From Candidatus Saccharimonadota bacterium (GTDB lineage Bacteria; Patescibacteriota; Saccharimonadia; Saccharimonadales; JACDBH01), in contig JAQGGW010000001.1 of the NCBI GenBank assembly GCA_028289135.1, forward strand, positions 76,018-140,017: DNA of 64,000 bases. The letters run 5' to 3'. Below the pieces are notes generated by a model. The model was not told the DNA's origin. It did no database searches and saw nothing but the letters and a program-made list of their open reading frames with translations. How positions within the stretch are numbered: position 1 is the first letter of the stretch; each line of letters begins with the position of its first letter. This document shows positions 52,101 through 57,484 of this stretch, in pieces. The position numbers were made by a program, and so were the translations under genes.

Positions 52101-55100
52101 CGCACGCAACTGCGACAAACAGGCCGTTGCCATAGGTAACGGACATCCAGTCATTATCGGCGGCAGAGGTGCGGATAGTCCAAGTTATACCGTCTGGGCT
52201 GGTCATCACGCGGTTGCCCGTTCCATCATTAGAGACGGCAACGAATAGACCATTGCCGTAGACAACGCTGTTCCATTTGTTATCGGCGGCAGAAGTTCGA
52301 GCTGTCCAGTTGATGCCATCCGGGCTGGTCATGACGCGGTTGCCGGTACCGCTACTTGCAACCGCAACATAGAGGCCATTACCGTAAGTAATGCTGTTCC
52401 AGATTAAGTTCGCAGCACCAGTACGTGAAGTCCATGAGGTACCCTTAGATATAATATCGCCAACCACTTCGAGCCTTGAATTACTGGTGTCGACACTCAA
52501 AACGTTTGTCCCAGCAGAGTTCTGAACCTGGAACGCCGTTGATGAATTTAGATCACTGGTAAATGTTGAACTACCATTGACAGTAAGACCACCTTGGTAC
52601 TTATTATTATTTGATACAGCTATATAATCCTGCTTTCCTGATGTCATGGCATGGTTACCTGTTCCATCAACAGATACCGATACAAAAGTGCCGTTACCGT
52701 AAGCAACAGAAGACCATGCGTTATTAACAGTATTAGACCGGATTGTCCAAGTAATGCCGTCTGGGCTGGTCATGACACGCGCACCAGATATGCCAAATTC
52801 TGAGATAGCGACGAATAAGCCATTGCCGTAGGTTATACTTTCCCAGTCGTTGGTATTAGGAGCAGTCCGAGTAGTCCAGTTTATGCCGTCTGGGCTGGTC
52901 ATAACTGAGTTAGTAATAGATCCGTCTGAAGCAACAGTTACAAATAAGCCGTTACCGTAGGTTATGCCGTCCCACATATTATTAGCGGAGCTCGTTCGGC
53001 TTGTCCAGGTGATGCCGTCTGGGCTCGTCATGATGCGGTTGCCAGCTGTGTTATTACAGAATGTACTACTAATTCCACATGCAGCTGCTACAAACAAACC
53101 ATTAGCATAGGTAATACCATTCCAGGCGTTATCTGCGGCAGAGGTACGGATTGTCCAGTTGACGCCATCCGGGGAGGTCATGACGCGGTTGCCGGTACCG
53201 CTGTAAGCTACAGCTACAAAAAGGCCGTTACCATAAGTAACGCTACTCCAACTGTTATCTGCGGCAGAGGTACGGATTGTCCAGATTATGCCATCTGGGG
53301 AGGTCATGACGCGGTTGCCGGTACCCGTGCTAGCAACTGCAACGAAGATGCCATTACCATATGCAACACTACTCCAACTGTTATCTGCGGCAGAGGTGCG
53401 GACTGTCCAGGAAGTACCCTTGCTTACAATGTCGCCAACAACTTCTAGGCGGGAGTTAAGAACATCGAGAGTTAAAGCGCTCCCCTTTGAACCTTGGATC
53501 TGGAAAGCGGTAGTTGAATCTGTTACAGCACTATCTGCCAGGTAGGCAGTCATGACGTTATTGCCTACTCCACCCGACCCTACCGCTATAAACACACCGT
53601 TGCCATAGCCAACTCCGTTCCAAGAGTTATCGACTGGATCAGTGCGGGTCGTCCAAGTTGTTCCATCTGGGCTGGTCATGACACGCGTTGACGTACCGGT
53701 AGTAGATACTGCCACATAAAGGCCGCTACCATAAGTGACAGACCTCCAGTTATTTGCCGAAGCGGCAGTCCGGCTAGTCCAAGTAGTGCCGTCTGGGCTG
53801 GTCATGACAGACCCGGCAGCTGACACTGCTACGTAAAGACTGTTACCATAAGTGACAGAAGACCAGGTACTACTGGAGGCACTTGTCCTGGTCGTCCAAG
53901 TAGTGCCGTCTGGGCTGGTCATGATTTCGTTGCCGGTGCCGGCAGTACTGGACACTGCTACGAATAAACCATTGCCGTAAGTGACTGACTTCCAGCTGGC
54001 ACTTACTGAGCTAGTCCGGGTAGTCCAAGTAGTGCCGTCTGGGCTGGTCATGATTTCGTTGCCGGTGCCGGCAGTTTGTGAGACGGCTACAAACACGTTA
54101 TTGCCATATGTTACCGAGTTCCAGCTGGCACTTAAAGAGCTGGTACGCGCAGTCCAGGTAATGCCGTCTGGGCTGGTCATAACTTCGTTGCCGGTACCGG
54201 CAGTACTGGACACTGCCACGAACAAACCATTGCCGTAGGTCACACTATTCCAAACAGCGCTAGTTGAACTGGTACGCATTGTCCAGGTGATGCCGTCTGG
54301 GCTGGTCATGACCTCGTTGCCAGTACCAGAAGTAGATGATACAGCTACATAAATGCCATTACCGTAAGCCACCGAGTTCCAAGTATCATCGCCGGCACTA
54401 GCACGTATAGTCCAAGCTTTGCTGTCAATATAGCTGTCGCCAATAGTAGTAACTTTTAGGTTAGTAGTACCTACTTTTAGAACCGGTACTCCGGCAGCAT
54501 TTTGAACCTGGAAAGCAGAAGTGGAATCGACTGAGTTTTGGAAGGAAGCCGAGCCGTTTGTGCCACTAAGAGTCAGTATGGTTTGAAGCGTGTTAAGGCT
54601 CGACCCAGTTGTGCCGGCTTTAGCAGTTTGGAATACCAAGTTGCCGCCAACTCCCGTACCCGTGCCCTGGCCACCTGCAAGAGTAAATGCGGCGCCAGCG
54701 ATATTTGAACCCAACCCCCCCGTTGACTGAAGGGTATACCCAACAGGAGTCACGCTAGTCAACGCATTACCGATAGTTAGGTTACCGCCTACTTGCAGTG
54801 CACCCGCGTTAACCGTTGTAAGACCGCTGCGCCCAATGGTTATTGCTGCCGCGTTGGCGATTCCGATCGAAATACTACCCTTTGTCCCAGTTGCCGTTCC
54901 AGCGTCAATGCCAACATTCCCTGAATTGCTTGTAGTCCCAGTCGCGTTACCGGACTGGACTGTTACATCATTCGAGTTGGTTGAAGCCGCATAAGTATTC
55001 CCTGAGTTAACGTTGTTTGCCATAAATGCGAGAGGAACAGCTGTGGTTTGGATACGCGGTGTCATTTCCGTGTCCCAAGTTGGGCTAGCTGTTTGGGTAG

Positions 55101-55737
55101 ATCCGCCAACCCGCATAGTTAGATAGAGCTGCTGAGACCAGTCGATGGTGGATGGGAAGGCTACACCACCATTGTTAACGTCGCCTAGGACTACGCTAAA
55201 ATAACCATTAGTTACCCTAACGCGATAGTCATTACCTGATCCAATTGGAGCGGCACCGTCTGTATCATAGCGGACTTCTGTCCATTGGCAGTTTGCGTCA
55301 CCCGTACATGAACCCTGGGAGGAACCAGTGGAGGATGGATCATTATAAAGTTTAAACTCAATGTTGTAGTAGCCGTCCGCTACCAAAGAGCCAGTATTGC
55401 TTAGCAGCCGGCCTTGGAAGTTTAGGGTTTTGCCGGTGATGGCTAGGGCGCTAGCGGGCTGTGGGTTAGTTTTCAGAACACTAAATAGCACGATGGTTGG
55501 ACCCAGCAGAAGGGCTACTACGAGAATAGCCTTTTTGCTCGCCAGCGTGCTAATTATTGATCTGAAAATTCTTACCAAATCAAAAACCCCCCGTGGATCA
55601 TCATTATTAGGGGTGCGCTTAACAGACTGCTGATTTAAATCAGCAGGGCTGTGTTTAACAGATGACTGAATTGGCTCAGTATCTGATGGCGTCCTTAATA
55701 ATGACGTTCCACGGGGGGTCCAGCCCGGTTGAATCAT
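46126..55737 (-). CDS. giant secreted surface protein P3 (3203 aa), mosaic of repeat cassettes
   Basis: It has the conserved N-module. There are three Asp-box-like propellers, with 17 canonical blades (WxSVxYGNGxFVAV...VMTSPDGxxWTxRT) plus 3 degenerate closing blades. It also has 7+7 FG-GAP blades with the same linker as P1, a Kelch-like VYNGKLY region, and a C-terminal DLAEDYP...GDIVSI segment. AAAGGAAG SD. Confidence 0.85.
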   Translation of the reverse strand: MIQPGWTPRGTSLLRTPSDTEPIQSSVKHSPADLNQQSVKRTPNNDDPRGVFDLVRIFRSIISTLASKKAILVVALLLGPTIVLFSVLKTNPQPASALAITGKTLNFQGRLLSNTGSLVADGYYNIEFKLYNDPSSTGSSQGSCTGDANCQWTEVRYDTDGAAPIGSGNDYRVRVTNGYFSVVLGDVNNGGVAFPSTIDWSQQLYLTMRVGGSTQTASPTWDTEMTPRIQTTAVPLAFMANNVNSGNTYAASTNSNDVTVQSGNATGTTSNSGNVGIDAGTATGTKGSISIGIANAAAITIGRSGLTTVNAGALQVGGNLTIGNALTSVTPVGYTLQSTGGLGSNIAGAAFTLAGGQGTGTGVGGNLVFQTAKAGTTGSSLNTLQTILTLSGTNGSASFQNSVDSTSAFQVQNAAGVPVLKVGTTNLKVTTIGDSYIDSKAWTIRASAGDDTWNSVAYGNGIYVAVSSTSGTGNEVMTSPDGITWTMRTSSTSAVWNSVTYGNGLFVAVSSTAGTGNEVMTSPDGITWTARTSSLSASWNSVTYGNNVFVAVSQTAGTGNEIMTSPDGTTWTTRTSSVSASWKSVTYGNGLFVAVSSTAGTGNEIMTSPDGTTWTTRTSASSSTWSSVTYGNSLYVAVSAAGSVMTSPDGTTWTSRTAASANNWRSVTYGSGLYVAVSTTGTSTRVMTSPDGTTWTTRTDPVDNSWNGVGYGNGVFIAVGSGGVGNNVMTAYLADSAVTDSTTAFQIQGSKGSALTLDVLNSRLEVVGDIVSKGTSWTVRTSAADNSWSSVAYGNGIFVAVASTGTGNRVMTSPDGIIWTIRTSAADNSWSSVTYGNGLFVAVAYSGTGNRVMTSPDGVNWTIRTSAADNAWNGITYANGLFVAAACGISSTFCNNTAGNRIMTSPDGITWTSRTSSANNMWDGITYGNGLFVTVASDGSITNSVMTSPDGINWTTRTAPNTNDWESITYGNGLFVAISEFGISGARVMTSPDGITWTIRSNTVNNAWSSVAYGNGTFVSVSVDGTGNHAMTSGKQDYIAVSNNNKYQGGLTVNGSSTFTSDLNSSTAFQVQNSAGTNVLSVDTSNSRLEVVGDIISKGTSWTSRTGAANLIWNSITYGNGLYVAVASSGTGNRVMTSPDGINWTARTSAADNKWNSVVYGNGLFVAVSNDGTGNRVMTSPDGITWTIRTSAADNDWMSVTYGNGLFVAVACGVGGTTCDANAGNRVMTSPDGINWTLRVSTANVSWYSVTYGNGVFVAVSYFNTAAMSSPDGITWTARTLPSVDYWDSITYGNGLFVAVALGPTTSDVATSPDGITWTSRTTPTNGWNSVTYGNGLFVAVTSTGTGNRVMTSPDGINWTSRISASDDSWHGVVYGNGMFVAIGTISVTNNVMTSGKQDYIPVSNNNNYQGGLTVHGSNLFQSDANSVSAFQIQNSSGTSLLNVDSTNNKLTVATDIIATGASTATTGTTSATPATNTTTVILTAAGSFANNDIIFIDNTSGQDYYTRIVSGGGTTTLTVSPAVSYLASATVTKYTAQSIGATSTDYTTLNNRFFQGYFTGGIVTGAGSTVYSDGRVQSSNTLNINAVGVTIQNTADSTSSLLVQNSSGSNVLNVDTTSNSLSVGSTASIGLFKSKADYTTGSAPGYAAVGDFNKDGYSDMVVSNFSSNTVSIFMGAVNGTFAAKVDYTTGSSPTGIVTGDFNNDGKLDFAVVNSGSATFSIFINSALGSAQFGASAPTATTKVDYTTVALPFGIVATDLNNDGKLDIAVASAQTTSNVSIFLNSGLGSGQFGAGAPTANPVRVDYSAGSTPKSIAAADFNSDGKVDLVTSNSAATTVSILFNTSSGAGLFGASPPAVSVSTTGTVGTTPLAVAVGDFNKDGKPDIAAVNYGSATVSILLNTTGVAFATKVDYATGTNPKGVVVGDFNKDGLLDMAVTNMDTSTLSTYLNTGSGVFASKVDYTKGTSSGTAPQFGIAADFNNDGNIDLASTNNGGNTISVLLNAELGFAPTSSPTLNIFNNSINDSLSISGQGAKQLVRVDGQGNTTIGGNTANLFDAKTDSPVMSQANSVAAGDFNKDGIQDIIVAMNNGYVGLLFGNGIGGYGNESDTNVCGGGNAKSVVVADFNRDGYLDAAATCGTVTVTVLINNGTGTFATGSYTISGSGSYIYLAAGDFNGDGKVDLAVPQYSSGAVVSVLINSGLGTGQFSATTTPTTQVDYTTGANPEGITTGDFNADGKLDMAITNAGGTVVSVYLNTGAGSGQFGASPPAAASKTDYTVGTQPTYVQSADLNKDGKLDLVIANNTNQIGVLINTGSSFAAEVNYTVANSAFIDSFRIGDLDKDGNLDVITANDSSNTVSVLLGTSTGTFGANTDYATGTRTQDVAIIDLDGDGDLDVISANLLGSSISVLSNTSLSNKRLSVLNTLGTASLFSVSNNGLTVNTTQTNNGNLVVGGQADVSPAAVTLVGTAGTFGSDTSVAGAFSSAVYNGKLYISTKKTDGSAIYRGDGKTWSKVTDSTSGKIISGDTANIDASVLSVYNGKLYAGTQTGTTTGAVYAYDGTTWTLQLATRGTFGSDASVEGVSSMAVYGTKFYLVTRGTDNAGIYRYDGSTTWTRLNTTLGKGLAEATADIDGGPLVVYGGYLWWGTITGSTTARIYRLDSSSGTLVMTLWNTTPGQLQAGITAIPDITTMQVWNGWLWVGTGATNLAEVYVMQGSTGAAGASPFGTTSSIRGRVDSVNDATDIDAITAIQVYNGRMYVATKTVAGDAGAVYEYITGGGAGGQPYVKAYTAARGTFGSQTAVDQVDTLIAYGNSLYIGTEEGTTGAVYTYTKTVQNSFALQFATDTSNSPAAAISYVGNTQADSNRSSAGSFLFSSNINTTSGSYDLAEDYPTRDDTLAAGDIVSISPSEEKFVQKGDAASAKAIVGVYSTNPALRLSQSDATIDGARAVPVALAGRVPVKVSAENGPIVAGDPITISPTQPGVGVKAISNGRIVGMSMGSFSGDGTGSVTVFINPSFYNVQTSGIAQGMTINGSFIDLNTSGLATIDTLVVNNEARIVTLKVSGNAEFGGDIKVVAPVNTRAATIRKFIASEPIEPGKVVILDENNDGGVLVSTQDDDTRIIGVAVTQAIHKGDEIEVAVGGAVQVSVTNTIPLIKPGSLVVSSSSGSVITVQSPQPGSILGKSTAKTDANNRMWILITLD
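48470..50850 (-). repeat. coding repeat array: two sets of seven FG-GAP/VCBS-type blades in P3
   Basis: 14 xD(F/L)NxDGxxDxxx motifs, split 7+7 by ...VLLNAELG...RVDGQGNTTIGG..ANLFDAKTD. This is the same cassette as P1 27190-29500. Confidence 0.75.
51540..54420 (-). repeat. coding tandem repeats: Asp-box-like propeller blades of P3
   Basis: Neighbouring units are near-identical at the DNA level. For example, CCAAGTAGTGCCGTCTGGGCTGGTCATGATTTCGTTGCCGGTGCCGGCAGT occurs at 53896 and 54025 (129-nt period). Confidence 0.8.
55581..55721 (-). promoter_or_regulatory. large structured domain plus U tract inside the P3 coding region (+19..+157)
   Basis: 27-nt arms at 55693-55719 and 55586-55613 pair with 2 mismatches and 1 G.U. 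They enclose a perfect 20-nt palindrome, CTGCTGATTTAAATCAGCAG (55627-55646). UUUUUGAUUU follows in mRNA sense. Confidence 0.5.
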
Positions 55738-55765
55738 CTAACTTCCTTTGTTTGAATGTTGGTTT

Positions 55766-55787
55766 TTGTTTCTTTTGCGAGAAACAA
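55766..55787 (-). promoter_or_regulatory. conserved 5'-UTR hairpin upstream of the P3 SD
   Basis: mRNA sense: UUGUUUCU-CGCAAA-AGAAACAA. Confidence 0.55.
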
Positions 55788-55823
55788 GCTTCGTAGTCCA
55801 CCAGCTAATAAATATTTGTTTTA

Positions 55824-55851
55824 ATTTTATTTATTATTTTAGACTATCCAA
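55824..55851 (-). promoter_or_regulatory. candidate promoter of P3
   Basis: TTGGAT (55851-55846), 16 nt, TAAAAT (55829-55824). Confidence 0.35.
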
Positions 55852-55947
55852 CCTATGGTATACGCTTTTCTACCCGCCAACAAGGTACTTTCTCATCAAA
55901 TATGTATTCGGTTTTGTGTCTAAAACTTGACTAAATAATCCTAATTT

Positions 55948-56098
55948 TCGTAGTCTTTCATACAACGTTTATTGCACTCTAAAGGGTTATGCTTAACACA
56001 CCTAATCAAAACCTAAGCATTTTTAATTAAATTTCGTAGCATTTGTAACAACGGGTAAAATATTCTTAAAAAGTTTTCCACAGCCGTATTTATCCAAA
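55948..56098 (-). promoter_or_regulatory. upstream module of P3: two direct motifs 86 nt apart plus two DnaA-box-like nonamers
   Basis: Plus strand: TTCGTAGTCTTTCATACAACGTT (from 55948), TTCGTAGCATTTGTAACAACGG (from 56034), TTTTCCACA (56074-56082) and TTATCCAAA (56090-56098). Confidence 0.45.
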
Positions 56099-56112
56099 AA
56101 TGCTGGAACAAT

Positions 56113-56138
56113 AAAAAACGCCCCTTTTGGAGCGTTTT
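56113..56138 (-). terminator. rho-independent terminator after rplU
   Basis: mRNA sense: AAAACGCUCC-AAAA-GGGGCGUUUU then UUAUUG. It has a GC core of 6 pairs including one G.U, flanked by an A run and a U run. Confidence 0.75.
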
Positions 56139-56163
56139 ATTAAATACGGTAATGAGCCTATGT

Positions 56164-56466
56164 TTAGGCTATCTTGCTGATCTTAATCTGGGTCAGGTGC
56201 TGCTTGTGGCCGGTAACCTTTTTAACGCGCTTCTTGGCTTTGTAGCGGATTGAGGTAACTTTCTCGGCGCGGACTTGGGCTACAACTTCAGCAGTAACAG
56301 ATGCGCCGGCAACGGTTGGAGCGCCAACAGTAACTTTGTCGCCATCAATGACCAACAGCGCGTCAAACTTAACAGTTTTTTCGTCTTTAAGCGTCTCAAC
56401 TTCCAAAGTTTCGCCTTCTGATACAAGATATTGGTGACCACCAGTGGTGATAATTGCTTTTTTCAT
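56164..56466 (-). CDS. rplU: 50S ribosomal protein L21
   Basis: 100 aa: MKKAIITTGGHQYLVSEGETLEVE...RYKAKKRVKKVTGHKQHLTQIKI. No rpmA follows it here. Confidence 0.93.
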   Translation of the reverse strand: MKKAIITTGGHQYLVSEGETLEVETLKDEKTVKFDALLVIDGDKVTVGAPTVAGASVTAEVVAQVRAEKVTSIRYKAKKRVKKVTGHKQHLTQIKISKIA

Positions 56467-56588
56467 CTGTTAGTTCTCTTAATTAGTGAATAGACTCGTA
56501 CAATCTTATCAGATTGAGCCCAGATAAGCAAGTGGTTAAACGGCACCTACCACTGGAATACTGCCTTGTAGTAGGATATTATCTAGGT

Positions 56589-57464
56589 ATGGAACCACAA
56601 AAACAGAGTTTTGACGTGCAGCCTCCTTCGCATCCGTCACCGCATTCGGGCCAGCCTGTGCGTACGCAGCAGCATCCTCAGCAGCCGCAACATCAACAGG
56701 GGCAGCAACACCCGCAAAACCGCCCTACGCAGCAGCACCAACAAATCCGCCCTACGCAGCAGCACCAACCCCAGCAAATCCACCACAATCAGCACCCTGC
56801 GCAACAGATACAAAAGTCACAGCACGTCCCGCACAACCCCGGTCCGCTTAATATGCAGGCGGCATACCAGACTCCCGCCCACATAGCCCAGCAGCAAGCC
56901 CAACAAGCACAAGAAAAAGCCGCACAGCAACCAGCCCAAGAAGTTAAAAAGGCCAAAAACCCCGCCCGCAAGTGGCTACAAATTAGCGCTGGCGGCCTGG
57001 CCATCTGCGCCCTTGCCCTCGGGATTCATTTTCTAGCAGGTGGCGGCGGCAACCCAAACCCACTGCCTAAAAAAGTCCTGGCCCAGGTATTTGGATTTAC
57101 CCCTTATTATTTCAACAAAGACACCCCGCCCGACCACCTCAAACTCGACCTTGCCAGCCCCAAGTTCATCGGCAACGCACTAAACTTCACTATGCTCGAC
57201 CCCAAATCAGAAAAGATCACAGTAACGCAAACAACCCTGCCAGCCAGTGGTTTTAAGAAATTAGCCGGCGATACCGCCGCTACGCCGCTTGGCGAAGCCA
57301 CCATCAAGGTAGGCGGCGGACACATCGAAGCCGAACTTGTTACCCCTGACAAAACCCTCGTTACCCTTAAAGCCACCGATTTTGTCAGCTCCGGCACACT
57401 AATCGACATCTTAGGCAACATGAAGGCCGCGCCCAAGGGTGCAGCCGCCCTCCAGCAGCAGTAA
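56589..57464 (+). CDS. single-pass membrane protein, paralog 3, with Gln/His/Pro-rich N-terminal region
   Basis: Start taken at MEPQKQSF (ATG 56589); the track uses TTG 56514. A ~110-aa Q/H/P low-complexity tail is followed by a basic patch (KKAKNPARKW), a TM and an ecto-domain related to paralogs 1 and 2. Confidence 0.7.
   Translation: MEPQKQSFDVQPPSHPSPHSGQPVRTQQHPQQPQHQQGQQHPQNRPTQQHQQIRPTQQHQPQQIHHNQHPAQQIQKSQHVPHNPGPLNMQAAYQTPAHIAQQQAQQAQEKAAQQPAQEVKKAKNPARKWLQISAGGLAICALALGIHFLAGGGGNPNPLPKKVLAQVFGFTPYYFNKDTPPDHLKLDLASPKFIGNALNFTMLDPKSEKITVTQTTLPASGFKKLAGDTAATPLGEATIKVGGGHIEAELVTPDKTLVTLKATDFVSSGTLIDILGNMKAAPKGAAALQQQ
56720..56773 (+). repeat. two tandem 27-nt coding repeats in the Q/H/P-rich region
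   Basis: CCGCCCTACGCAGCAGCACCAAC occurs at 56720 and again at 56747, encoding RPTQQHQQI / RPTQQHQPQ. Confidence 0.8.
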
Positions 57465-57484
57465 TTTCCCTGTTTTAAGGTGTT

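Noticed and set aside
51540-54420. Regularly spaced near-identical DNA repeats, checked as a possible CRISPR array.
   Set aside because: The repeats are 129-171 nt coding units of one continuous ORF (propeller blades). There is no unique-spacer architecture and there are no cas genes.
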